DNA of 64,000 nucleotides, taken from contig NIVC01000695.1 in assembly GCA_002269645.1 (NCBI GenBank), positions 186,001 to 250,000 on the forward strand. The letters run 5' to 3'. Position numbers and translations under genes: made by a program. Below the pieces are notes generated by a model that searched no databases, was not told the DNA's origin, and was given only the letters and a program-made list of their open reading frames with translations. This stretch comes from Macrostomum lignano. Lineage: Eukaryota. Shown piece by piece: positions 13,263 through 26,400 of the stretch; the stretch's first letter is position 1, and each line of letters starts with the position of its first letter.

Positions 13263-14254
13263 AGCTCTCTGCCTGTCTGCACAGACACAGAGTGAATTAT
13301 TTTGTTTCAACACCACATCAAAGGAAGCCGAACAGGGCACGCACTGGTGTTAAAGATCGAAGAAGAAAAAAAGGCCAAATAAAATAACAAATAGAGAACA
13401 GAATGTGATATATGGAATACATAGAATCTGCTGAAAAAAATGCAAAACCCACCCCCTCTGTCCGCCCATGCAGATCTTGAGCGCGGAAGTTGTAAAATTT
13501 CAGTTGTTATATTCCATAACTTCGGCGGGTAAGAGAGCGAGTGTTTGTTTGAGTGAGTGCCGCGACACTATAGGATATATGGAGGGATGGCACCCACATG
13601 CTGAGCAATTTCTGGCCTTCACTTTCATAGAGAAAGAGAATATTATATTTTTTGAGAAGCCTTCCCTTAGGTATAGTATAGGTAATTCTTATATATGATA
13701 TGAGCAGGGGGGGGCGACGAGAATAGAGCAGTTTTGTTTTTATTGACAGTGTTTTTAGGGTGGAGGAGTCGGGGTGTTGGCCTCTGCGAGGTTGTAAAAT
13801 CGGCGCCCGCCCGCTTTGCCCTCTGCCTCTGCTTTGGCCGACCGGGGGCCCCGCACTCTGTCCGTGTGCGCCATAAAATCTGTCTTCGGTTTCATATCAG
13901 CTCATTCACTCCGACTGACTGGTCCTTGCGGTCCGGGATATGGGCAGGGCCAGGCGGCCAAAAAGCCTGTCTGTCAGTCTCTTTTCACTTTCCTCAACTT
14001 TTTTATCACTTGAAAGTCAAGCCTTATTTACCGTAGCTTGAGTTAGGTGCCTGCCTGGATTTATTTCTATGTTAGGTTTGTTTTCATTTTATTTGATGCC
14101 CTAGAGAGTTATGGGTATGACATTCTTATCCGGCTGCTTCAGTTCGGGATGGGACTTATAGTTAGAGAGATTAGAGGACCGAGGGGTACTCAACTAGGGG
14201 ACAGAGGCGTAGACACAAATCCGGGTAAAGAGAGAGGGTCAACTAAAAGAAAAG

Positions 14255-15327
14255 TTAGGACACAGGGGGGTCAAGTCAAAAGGGAGACCGGAGGGTCAAC
14301 TCAAAGTTAGGACGCAGAGGGGGGGGGTCAAGTCAAAAGGGAGACCGGAGGGTCAACTCAAAGTTAGGACGCAGAGGGGGGGTCAAGTCAAAAGGGAGAC
14401 CGGAGGGTCAACTCAAAGTTAGGACGCAGAGGGGGGGTCAAGTCAAAAGGGAGACCGGAGGGTCAACTCAAAATTAGGACACAGGGAGGGGGTCAAGTCA
14501 AAAGGGAGACCGGAGGGTCAACTCAAAGTTAGGACGCAGAGGGGGGTCAAGTCAAAAGGGAGACCGGAGGGTCAACTCAAAGTTAGGACGCAGAGGGGGG
14601 GTCAAGTCAAAAGGGAGACCGGGGTCAACTCAAAGTTAGGACCCAGGGGGGGGGTCAAGTCAAAAGGGAGACCGGAGGGTCAACTCAAAGTTAGGACCCA
14701 GGGGGGGGGTCAAGTCAAAAGGGAGACCGGAGGGTCAACTCAAAATTAGGACACAGGGGGGGGTCAAGTCAAAAGGGAGACCGGAGGGTCAACTCAAAGT
14801 TAGGACACAGGGGGGGGGTCAAGTCAAAAGGGAGACCGGAGGGTCAACTCAAAGTTAGGACCCAGGGGGGGGGGTTAAGTCAAAAGGGAGACCGGAGGGT
14901 CAACTCAAAGTTAGGACCCAGGGGGGGGTTAAGTCAAAAGGGAGACCGGGGTCAACTCAAAGTTAGGACCCAGGGGGGGGTCAAGTCAAAAGGGAGACCG
15001 GAGGGTCAACTCAAAGTTAGGACCCAGGGGGGGGGGGTTAAGTCAAAAGGGAGACCGGGGTCAACTCAAAGTTAGGACCCAGGGGGGGGTTAAGTCAAAA
15101 GGGAGACCGGGGTCAACTCAAAGTTAGGACCCAGGGGGGGGGGTCAAGTCAAAAGGGAGACCGGAGGGTCAACTCAAAGTTAGGACCCAGGGGGGGGGTT
15201 AAGTCAAAAGGGAGACCGGGGTCAACTCAAAGTTAGGACCCAGGGGGGGGGTCAAGTCAAAAGGGAGACCGGAGGGTCAACTCAAAGTTAGGACCCAGGG
15301 GGGGGGGTCAAGTCAAAAGGGAGACCG
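14255..15327. repeat. ~55-58 bp minisatellite with variable poly-G (GGGTCAAGTCAAAAGGGAGACCGGAGGGTCAACTCAAAGTTAGGACNCAG)
   Basis: About 19 units. Confidence 0.95.
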
Positions 15328-16870
15328 CAGCTGGTCAGCTTACACTGTGAGTCCGCTTGTAAAGAGTTCATGGGTTCAACTGAACTTAAGGCTTGGTCGT
15401 CTCCTAATTTTGACTTGCTATTGCAACCTAATCACTGTTATAAATACAATTTCACTCTATCTAATCTGTCAAATAGCTTATTGCATAAAAATAGGTTTAA
15501 TCGAATTGACAAACGGAGAAATCTTCAACTTCAAGCAACCGATGAAAAAGATTGAACCGTATGGAAGTTTGAAAATCATGAATAATCGGCGCTGCAAAAA
15601 TGTCAGAAAGACCCAATTCCTTCGCTTCTTCTTGAGAGAGGGGGAATTAATCCCAAACTGCGGAAAGAGGAAGTCTCCCTCACTTCCTCCCCTATCTCTT
15701 CCGTTCCGCAACTCTTCCCTGACTTCATCGCGACTCGCTAGCTCTCCATATCTCCCCTAGAAGCAGAGAGGCCCCTGCATGGCCCTGCTCTAAGAAAAGC
15801 TGCGAAAGCAGAAAAGGCAGAAATGTTTTTACGACCGCCTCGCGCGCAAAATGTCGTTCGGTGGGACGAACCTCCGGCTTGGGGGGTTGGGAAGGCTGAA
15901 ATGGCCCGGCATACGGAGCCCTGCGCTGCGCAGCCAGTATTTTTAATGCCGCATTTATTACCCTATGCCAGCTGCGCAGCGTTCTCTCCATCCCATCCTA
16001 TCTATTCCCTTTTCTGCCCTCCCCGGTCTCATCCCCCAAGAAAAGAAATCCCAAAAGCCTTGGATTTTCCGCCGAGACTTTCAAGGTGAAACTGTTGTAT
16101 AAATCGTACTACTCTACTGCAATAAAGTAGCATGTTACGATCACAGGAAAATTTGCCAAAGTTTGTCGCATAGTGTTAAATGAAGCGTTATATTTTTGCA
16201 CTTTGGACTTTAAAATAAATATTCAGTAGCTATTTATTTCGTAGTTTTAATTTAAAAAACATATACTTTCAAAACAATTAAACGGCTTCAAAAACTATTC
16301 AGCTAATAAGAGTATAACTTAATTCATTCTATTTAGCTTACTTGAATTGTAACGGGCCTTGCTTTGGCTTAATTGGGTTTGTAATTAACTGAGACTTAAA
16401 TAAGTCTTAAATTAAATAAGATTAGAGGAAGGTTTTGAGGAAAGTTCAAGGTCGATCGATTGCCCGCTTAAAAGGGTGGTTGCGTTGTTTACGACTAAGG
16501 AAAGGCCAAACGCGGTCGAATTTCCTTCCCTCTCCAGCCAGCCAGACCCCTCCCAGACGCGTAACCTCCAACCCCAATCAAAGCCCAGACAATCCAGCCC
16601 CACATCTACACCCACCCCAAAACCGAGCCTTATATTAGTACAGCCGGGGGGGGGGGAGAATCTAAAATAGAACCACAGTTCTAAAATAGTAGGGCCTTGT
16701 TATTGCAAGAAGTTTAAAAAAGATAAAGTCAATTGCAAACCTATTAAGCTGTAAATTTTAATCATTTCACTGGAAATCTATATTAGCTTTCTATCGTGAT
16801 CGTTATCTACGAAGGATCAGTTTGATAATATTTAATATTCATTTAAGCCAAGATAAGATAAATATTGAGA

Positions 16871-19671
16871 ATGCAGAAAGCTAGCCAAGCCTTATCGGAA
16901 GTACAACAACAGGACAGTTTCAATCGACGACAGTACGCCGCGGACAGGTGCAACTATGAGTACTATTATGATCATGACTATGACTATTCACAGGTTCGGA
17001 ATAGCGAAACCGATAACACCAATTCTGCAGTATCAACAACTTCAAGCGACAAAGAAGAGCATTCAGCAGACACGAATAACAATAGATATTACTACGATTA
17101 TACAATTAATAGCTGGAAAAACAATAATTATTGGAAAACAATGGCCGTGATGGAGTCGCACGCTACACCAACTGGCCTGTTTGCCGGCTATCCAACGCAG
17201 CAGGACACTCGGGCTGCCTACACTTGGCCACCACCGCCGGCGCCGCATCATGGCTACGGCATCACGGACACTCCTATGCATCACCAACAGCAGCAGCAGC
17301 AGCATCTGCACCAGGGCCACCACCAGCTTCATCCTCAGCATTACGGTTTTGGAGGCCCAGTTAAGTCCGTCAGTCCGCCGCCTCCGCACGGCTGCTATGC
17401 CGCATTCGCCAGTCCATCATCTGTCAGTGTCAGTATGGCCCAGATGCAATGCGCGGACTTTGCGTTCAGTCACGTGACCGGCTTCTCCAATAACAACAGT
17501 AGCAATAGCAACAATAGCCAGCAGGCTCAGCACCAACATCTGCAAGGATTTTCGCCAAATTCGCAGCAGCAAAGGTAGGGATTTTTATCTCGCTTAACTC
17601 TATTCACTCTGTCCGACTCTTTGTTTTCTGACTCTCCACCTGACTTTACTCTTCATTCTGTTACTCCCATTTGAGCAGACACTCGGAGCTCTACATGAGC
17701 CGAGCCAGCCACCAATCGAATCCCTATGCCAGCATGTTCGGACCGGCGGCCCATGATATCATGCTGCCACCCAGGTCGTCAGCGGCGGCTGCCGCGGCGG
17801 CTGCTGCAGCGGCAGCGGCGGCGGCGGCAGCGGCGGCCCATCATCACCAGCATCAGCATGAAGATGAGACAGTGCAACAGCAGCAGCAGCAATTGCTGGC
17901 TTCAGACGATTCCGAGTGCATTAGTTCAGGTGAGTGAGATTGAGTTTAGAATTAGACTATTGAATAATCCTCAAATTCAATTTCAAGATCCCATCCTGTG
18001 GGAAGAATCCTCAAATTGAACATCCGTCCTGTGGGAAGAATCCTCAAATTGAAGATCCCATCCTGTGGGAAGAATCCTCAAATTGAAGATCCCACCCTGT
18101 GGGAAGAACCCCTCAAATTGAAGATCCCTCCCTGTGGGAAGAATCCTCAAATTGAAGATCCCATCCTGTGGGAAGAATCCTCAAATTGAAGATCCCATCC
18201 TGTGGGAAGAATCCTCGAATTGAAGATCCCATCCTGTGGGAAAGAATCCTCAAACTGAAGATCCCACCCTGTGGGAAGAATCCTCAAATTGAAGATCCCA
18301 CCCTGTGGGAAGAATGCTTATCTTTTGAAGAATTTCATTCTGATAAACATTTATTACTATATCACTATTATACTACTTATCGTTCAATGCTTGTCAGTAG
18401 TATGATCACTAAGCAAAAAAAACTCAATTCGCCCTCGTCCAGTTCGCAGCCGAAAGAAGCGCAAGCCGTACACAAGGTACCAGACGGCCATGCTGGAACG
18501 GGAATTCGTCAGCAATGCTTACATTACTCGACAGAAACGTTGGGAGATTTCCTGCCAGCTGCATCTCACTGAGAGACAGGTTGGTTTAGATTTCTTGCGA
18601 TTTTAATATCACCTCGGATGATTGATCGGGATTTCGGTGGGATTTAATTAAAAGAGATAACGGGGAGATTTTAGAGAGATTCCAGAGAGACGTCAGGGAT
18701 ATTTCAGTGAGATCTTAGGAATATTTCAGGGAGACTTCAGGGATATTTCAGTGAGATCTTAGGAATATTTCAGGGAGACTTCAGGGATATTTCAGTGAGA
18801 TCTTAGGAATATTTCAGGGAGATTTTAGGGAGATTTTAGGAGGATTTCAGGAAGATTTCAGGGAGATTTCAGGAAGATTTCAGGGAGATTTCAGAAGAAT
18901 TTCAGGGAGATTTCAGGAAGATTTCAGGGAGATTTCAGAAGAATTTCAGAGAGATTTCACAAGGATTTCAGGGAGATTTCAGGAAGATTTCAGGGAGATT
19001 TCAGAAGAATTTCAGGGAGATTTCAGAAGGATTTCAGGGAGATTTCAGAGAGATTTCAGAGAGATTTCAGAGAGATTTCAGAGAGATTTCAGAAGGATTT
19101 CAGAGAGATTTCAGAGAGATTTCAGAAGGATTTCAGAGAGATTTCAGAAGGATTTCAGGGAGATTTCAGGGGGATTTCCAGATGATTCCAGTGGCATCTA
19201 TGAATAGTTTTAACAAATTATCCCCATCCGAGTTTCCCAATCGCAATTCCCGGGCAGGTGAAAGTTTGGTTTCAAAACCGTCGAATGAAGCGCAAGAAGC
19301 TGCAAAGCAGATCGACTGGGACTCGGTCTGCCGCCGCGGCCGCGGGCAGCAACAGCAGCGAATATCCGGACTACAACGAGGACAGCTCCTCCGCTGCCGG
19401 AGCTTCTTCGGCTGTAGCGGCAGTCGCTGCAGCTGCCGCCGCCGCGGCCGCCTCGGAGAGCTCGGCTCCGACGATGATGCACCAGCAGCATCAGCACCTG
19501 CTGCATCGTCTGTCGATGCAGTGCCACGCCGCGGCCGTCACCACCGCGCCCCAGGCATTCGGCGTCAATGTTAAGCAGGAACAGCTGCAGCAGCAGCAGC
19601 AGCAGGGGTCACTGGCACCAGCACTGGACCTCACCGGAGGATCTGCTGCTATCTGCGGAACTCGCCTGTAG
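16871..19671 (+). CDS. Post2: Posterior Hox (Post2/AbdB class) homeodomain transcription factor
   Basis: Exons 16871-17574, 17679-17929, 18443-18579, 19258-19671; GT-AG, phases 2/1/0 all consistent. Homeodomain RKKRKPYTRYQTAMLEREFVSNAYITRQKRWEISCQLHLTERQ|VKVWFQNRRMKRKKL has Post2-type residues (RQKRWEISC). The start ATG could lie further downstream in exon 1. Confidence 0.93.
17975..18312. repeat. 34-bp intronic minisatellite (GGGAAGAATCCTCAAATTGAAGATCCCATCCTGT), Post2 intron 2
   Basis: About 10 units. Confidence 0.92.
18660..19180. repeat. 10-11 bp degenerate repeat (GAGATTTCAGG) in the Post2 homeobox intron
   Basis: Tandem units with a 31-bp sub-block at the 5' side. Confidence 0.88.
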
Positions 19672-19869
19672 CATCCTATACCTCTAATTTGCTTTCGTGC
19701 GCATCTGCTTTTAATATTTGACCCAAGCACAGCTGCTAGCAAAGAAAGTTTTGTCGTTGGTTTTCACGCAGCTTAGCGGTCTTCTGATTAAAATCGCCTC
19801 GGCATCATCAAGCCATTCCTTTAGGTTAGGTTCTAAATTGTTTTATTGATTAGAATTAGAATCTTTTTT

Positions 19870-20488
19870 TGAGAATCACCCCTTAGCCATTAAGAATCGC
19901 CCCTCAGTCATCAATGGGAATCGCCCCACAGCCATCAATAAGAATCGCCCCTCAGCCATCAATAAGAATCGCCCCTCAGCCATCAATAAGAATCGCCCCT
20001 CAGCCATCAAAAAGAATCGCCTCTCAGCCATTCATAAGAATCGCCCCTCAGCCATCAATAAGAATCGCCCCTCAGCCATCAATGATAATCGCCCCTCAGC
20101 CATAAAAAAGAATCGCCCCTCAGCCATCAATGAGAATCGCCCCTTAGCCATCAATAAGAATCGCCCCTCAGCCATCAATAAGAATCGCCCCTTAGCCATC
20201 AATAAGAATCGCCCCTTAGCCATCAATAAGAATCGCCCCTTAGCCATCAATGAGAATCGCCCCTCAGCCATCAATAAGAATCACCCCTTAGCCATTAAGA
20301 ATCGCCCCTCAGTCATCAATGGGAATCGCCTCTCAGCCATTCATAAGAATCGCCCCTCAGCCATTAATGATAATCGCCCCTCAGCCATAAAAAAGAATCG
20401 CCCCTCAGCCATCAATAAGAATCGCCCCTTAGCCATCAATGAGAATCGCCCCTCAGCCATCAATAAGAATCGACCCTCAGCCATCAAA
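19870..20488. repeat. 24-bp minisatellite (AAGAATCGCCCCTCAGCCATCAAT)
   Basis: About 25 units downstream of the Post2 stop. Confidence 0.94.
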
Positions 20489-20789
20489 AAATCTTTTTTG
20501 ACCAACTTTTTTGACAACATTGAGCCAATCAATGCAGGAGATGACATAATTCAAGTGTATTTACGAGCTGAAATCGTAATATTTTTTGAACGAAAGGTTT
20601 TTTGCGACTTGAATTGATATGACGTGGACCGATCAATATTTGTTGTTTTGCAGTTTGCGCGTTGCTTTTACATACTTGCGTTACATTATAATATCTTTTT
20701 AGTTCTGTTTAATCGTGCAAAAAGCAATGCAAAATTTGACCTTTTTTTCTACGTTGCAAAAATATCAGCGCGGTGTTTTTAAGGGTTTG

Positions 20790-21395
20790 AGATGTAAGGT
20801 GAGATTTGAGGACTGGGGATTCTGAGAGTGTAAGATCTAGGGTGAGATTTGAGAGCTGGGTATTCTGAGTGTAAGATCTAGGGTGAGATTTGAGAGCTGG
20901 GTATTCTGGGTGTGAGATCTAGGGTGAGATTTGAGAGCTGGGTATTCTGAGTGTGAGATATAGGGTGAGATTTGAGAGCTGGGTATTCTGAGTGTGAGAT
21001 CTAGGGTGAGATTTGAGAGCTGGGTATTCTGAGCGTGAGATCTAGGGTGAGATTTGAGAGCTGGGTATTCTGAGTGTGAGATTTGAGAGCTGGGTATTCT
21101 GAGCGTGAGATTCGAGAGCTGGGTATTCTGAGTGGGGGATCTAGGGTGAGATTTGAGAGCTGGGTATTCTGAGTGTGAGATATAGGGTGAGATTTGAGAG
21201 CTGGGTATTCTGGGTGTGAGATCTAGGGTGAGATTTGAGAGCTGGGTATTCTGAGCGTGAGATCTAGGGTGAGATTTGAGAGCTGGGTATTCTGAGTGTG
21301 AGATTTGAGAGCTGGGTATTCTGAGCGTGAGATCTAGGGTGAGATTCGAGAGCTGGGTATTCTGAGTGTGAGATCTAGGGTGAGATTAGAGAACT
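20790..21395. repeat. ~41-bp minisatellite (GAGATCTAGGGTGAGATTTGAGAGCTGGGTATTCTGAGTGT)
   Basis: About 15 units. Confidence 0.93.
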
Positions 21396-22739
21396 GAGAT
21401 GCGCAGCCATACTATAGGTGGCAGAACAAACTGAATAATTTTAACCAATCATTTCTGATATTACACCGCCATTTCATTGTCGTGTTCAGCTTTACATCAT
21501 CTTAAAAAATAGTATTTCCTGCGAAATGCATATCTTTGACTCCTTACTATTAACAGTAGATTGGCTGAGATACAAGTTGAATCAGCTTTTCGGCTTTATA
21601 ATCCAAGCAACTAATAGCTACAGCAAGGCCTATTTTAAGCTAAAATGTACTTTTTATATACTCTACTGACTGGACAAGTTGGAGTGCATGTTTTTTGCGC
21701 CAAATTGCAAGTAGAGCATAGTCGGAAAAGTTGTCTAAGAACAAATATAAAAAAATATATATACAATCTGTAATACAGTGCAATCATTCTCTCATTGATA
21801 AGATGAGGAACTCCAGTCTCTTTCATTATTTTGCTGCATCAAGTAGGCAGTTGGGAAATTTGCTGGGTTGCTTTAATAAATTCAATATATATTTTTTATG
21901 GTTTAAAACAAATATAACACACTGTGCTCGCTACATACTACTATTGTTACAACATAGCAGTAGAGATAGGAGAAAATTTGATTAAAAAACTGGACAAAGG
22001 AACGCAAAATATATGATAAAATAGAGAGCCATAAGCATAAATTGATTTTTTTCATTCAACAGAAAAATAGCATAGCGAACTCGAGAATAAACCAAGCAAC
22101 CAGATAATAAATCATTCAGTTGCCATCAGAAGCGAAACAATTCAAATCTGATGGAGCTGAATAAGCAGATCGATTAAACAAATATTGAAACTGAGGACAA
22201 CTAAGTACTCGTAAAATCAATAGTAATTAAAAATTTAATGATTCAAGTTTCAGCTGCTGCCAACACAAAACCAATCAATAAATAGGACACTATAGTTATT
22301 AGTAGCATTGTATAGATATTTTTAGCGACAATCAAAGACGCACAGCAAGCCGGTTAAACAAAATTTAAACTTTGATTCACTTTTCAAATTTAATGTCATA
22401 CGAAACATTGTGATTAGCTATACTATAAAAACGCAAATAACACTACTCACAGTAAGATAACGTAGCAGCAAAAAAAGGAAGGGAACAATAAATAAACAAC
22501 AATAAAAATTATTTTAGAAAAAACGGCAAAAAAGTTATAAACACAGTTTGTACTTTTTATTAAACAAGAAAATGAACGAACGCCACGTCGATAAGTCAAA
22601 AAGATCAACTTGTCAATCAATTTAAAAAAACTGTTCAAAGAGCAACTAATATTATAACAAATATTTAATCGCTAACTTAGCCCAGTGTGAATCGATTGAT
22701 AAAACTTACTGATGAATCGATAAAATCAATCAGTGGATT

Positions 22740-22894
22740 GATCAATCAATAAGTCAACCAAACAACCAATCAACCTATCAATCAGTTAATTATCGACCTA
22801 TCAATCTATCAATCAATGAATTGATCAACCAACCAATCAATCAATCAACCAATCAATCAATTAATTGATCAATCAATCAATCAACCAATCAACA

Positions 22895-22925
<31 letters not shown>

Positions 22926-23234
22926 TAATTGATCAACCAATCAACCAACCAATCAATCTATCAACCAATCAATCAATCAATTAATTGATCAACCAATCAA
23001 CCAACCAATCAATCTATCAACCAATCAATCAACCAACCAATCAATCAATCAATTAATTGATCAACCAATCAACCAACCAATCAATCAGCCTATCAATCAA
23101 TCAATAAATTGATCAACCAATCAATCAATCAACCAATCAATCAATTGATCAACTAATCAACGATCGAATCAATCAACCTTTCAATCAATCAATGAATTGA
23201 TCAACCAATTAATCAACTGATCAACCAATCAACC

Positions 23235-23265
<31 letters not shown>

Positions 23266-23286
23266 GAATTGATCAACCAATCAACC

Positions 23287-23321
<35 letters not shown>

Positions 23322-23360
23322 TAATGAATTGATCAACCAATCAATCAACCGATCAAGTGA
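22740..23360. repeat. Degenerate (ATCA/ACCA)n microsatellite
   Basis: Tetranucleotide periodicity. Confidence 0.9.
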
Positions 23361-23454
23361 CAAGCAGATAAAAATCAATCAATCAACCAACAAAAGCAAC
23401 TAAAAAATCAGTCCAAGCGGTCCGCAACCCACAGAAAGTCGCAGAATAGGTCAA

Positions 23455-26400
23455 TCAACGATCCAATCCAGCCTGCTTCTGCTGCTGCTGCTGTTGCGCA
23501 GCGAACAGCTGTTTAACCAAGCGCAATTTTCGATCGGCGTCCTCAGCAGTTGCAGAATTGGCGAAGGCGCCAAATGCCGACTCGGCCTGGCGCAGGCAGA
23601 AGCTGGCGGCCAGCGGGTTGGCGCCGCTCAGCAGGCGCAGCGCCGCCTCGTGCGCCGCCAGCCAACGTCGGGGATCGGCGCCAATTCTGAGAGAGACATC
23701 CCGAGCCGAGCGTAAATCCGACTGATAAGCGGTGAGCAGCCGGCGGCAGGCCCGGTTGCCGGGCTGTTGCTGGGCGATGGCCGTACGAGCAGAGAGCAGC
23801 CAGTCCAGGCCGATTAGACACCAGGCCTGAGCGCGGGAGATGGGGAAGAAAGTAAGAAGAATGAAGGAATCTGGGGTTTGGGGATTTCTGTGAAGGATCT
23901 GGGATTTGGAGATTTCTTGTGGATCTGGGATTTGGAGATTTCTTGTGGATCTGGGATTTGGGGATTTCTTGTGGATCTGGGATTTGGGGATTTCTTGTAG
24001 ATCTGGGATTTGGGGGTTTCTTGTAGATCTGGGATTTGGGGATTTCTTGTAGATCTGGGATTTGGGGATTTCTTGTAGATCTAGGATTTGGAGATATCTT
24101 GTGGATCTGGGATTTGGGGATTTCTTGTGGATCTGGGATTTGGAGATTTCTTGTGGATCTGGGATTTGGGGATTTCTTGTGGATCTGGGATTTGGGGATT
24201 TCTTGTGGATCTAGGATTTGGAGATTTCTTGTCGATCTGGGATTTGGAGATTTCTTGTGGATCTGGGATTCGGAGATTTCTTGTCGATCTGGGATTTGGA
24301 GATTTCTTGTGGATCTGGGATTCGGAGATTTCTTGTCGATCTGGGATTTGGAGATTTCTTGTGGATCTGGGATTCGGAGATTTCTTGTCGATCTGGGATT
24401 TGGAGATTTCTTGTGGATCTGGGATTTGGAGATTTCTTGTGGATCTGGGATTTGGAGATTTCTTGTGGATCTGGGATTCGGGGATTTCTTGTGGATCTGG
24501 GATTTGGAGATTTCTTGTGGATCTGGGATTTGGAGATTTCTTGTGGATCTGGGATTTGGAGATTTCTTGTGGATCTGGGATTTGGGGATTTCTTGTGGAT
24601 CTGGGATTTGGAGATTTCTTGTAAATCTGGGATTTGGAGATTTCTTGTGGATCTGGGATTTGGAGATTTCTTGTGGATCTGGGATTTGGAGATTTCTTGT
24701 GGATCTGGGATTTGGAGATTTCTTGTGGATCTGGGATTTGGAGATTTCTTGTGGATCTAGGATTTGGAGATTTCTTGTGGATCTGGGATTCGGAGACATG
24801 TGAAGGATCTAGATTTTAGGGACTTTTGGAGAATATTTTGGGGATTTCTTGTGAATCTGGGATTAGGATTTTTGAGGGACCTGGGATTTGTAGGGATTTT
24901 TAAGGATCTGGGAATCGGCATGTTTAAATCCAAGGAATAATAAACTCTTACTAAGTAAAGTTATTTTAGAAAACACAAACTAATTACCATAGTACTACTA
25001 AGCAGAAAGATAAGCAAGTAGTATATAGTTATGTGCGAGAGAATATAACAGCATTAACTTAGGGCATGCTTGGCAATCGAACGGCTTTTGTTTCGTCGAG
25101 CAAAACTCGCTCTGATAAAAATTACAGCTTCTATAGCGGCGATTGAAGCACCTCGATGAACACTGTAGTGACACCGCGCCGTTACAAGTCATATTGAGTA
25201 ATTTTTTTATTATTAGCAACTTGTCGCAAAAACACAGCGCAATGCAACTACAATGCATCACCAAGTGGTGCTGACATTATTATGATTCTTCCAGATTTAA
25301 TTAATAATTAGTATCACGAAGCTTAATTAAATGATTCACAGATCAAACAGTAAGCCGCAGGCAGATTTCAAAAAGCGCATATTAAACTGCAAGCCGCTAA
25401 TTATTGCTTCGATATAAAAAACTGTTATAGAAGCCATTCAATTGCAAGCTGCCAAGTAAAAAAACTAATTTGCGATTCATGCAGATACACACACTTAACA
25501 CCCTACTTAAAGTAGGCAAGTAGAGAATATCAATTCCATATTTTGTGACCAAAACGTACATTAAAAATATTAAAGTATTTTGCGTCTCAAAACGCACTAC
25601 TGAGAGTAGGCGACTAAAGAATATTGGTGCTGGTTTTCATTCTTTTCAACTAAAATAAGTAACTGAGATTTACTACTATAACAAAATACACTTACATGTA
25701 AATAACAACTAAATTTATATTACGAGTCTAGTACTTTTCACCTACTTAAAGTAGGTACAAACTGTGTGTAATTAACGCAAAAATATTTTTGGCTTAATTA
25801 TCCTACTGTAGGCAAATAGCATATATCAGTGTCGTTATTTAAACATTTTTCCTAACTACTCTACTAAAAGTAGTCAAGTAGCGAGTTTTGTTGATAAATG
25901 AAATAAAATATGCATACCTGCGTCATCCAGCGAAGCCGCTGCTGCGGCTGACCATCGTCAGGAACAGACGACGACGACAAGAGTTCGCGCAGACCGGCTG
26001 ACGCCAAATCGGCTGCTTGTTCAGTGGCAGCTAACGCCGAAGCGGCGCTAGAAGTCCCGGTCAGGCCGAAAACAGCGGTTCGGTAGGCGCGCGCCGCCAG
26101 CGTCAGTGAGGCGGCCAGTCTGTCGGCCTTCAAACCGGCCGGCAGCGGCGCCGGCGTCATCGAGGCGGCTTCGGCGTTGTCCCCGTTGCGCCAGGCGGCG
26201 GCTAGGCGGGCGGTGGCGGCCCACCAGCAGGACTCCGGGTCGCGGCCGGCGAAAAGATCCTGCGATATGGGATGGATTGAATGGGAAAATTGGATTCAAA
26301 CTCGGGACCTCAATGTATTATATTTTTCGAATCTAAAAATAGATTTTAAAGCAATTTGCTTAGGTTCTTTTAACAGGTCTTTATATGCAACTGTGAATCG

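Noticed and set aside
13440-16700. Unique GC-richer blocks upstream of Post2 as exons or a transposon
   Set aside because: No open spliced frame, termini or TSD found; they may be regulatory but the sequence alone does not show it.
23543-24819. Overlapping ORFs on both strands
   Set aside because: They lie in the 26-bp array within the last SREBP intron; the true exon uses a different frame (23826-23455).
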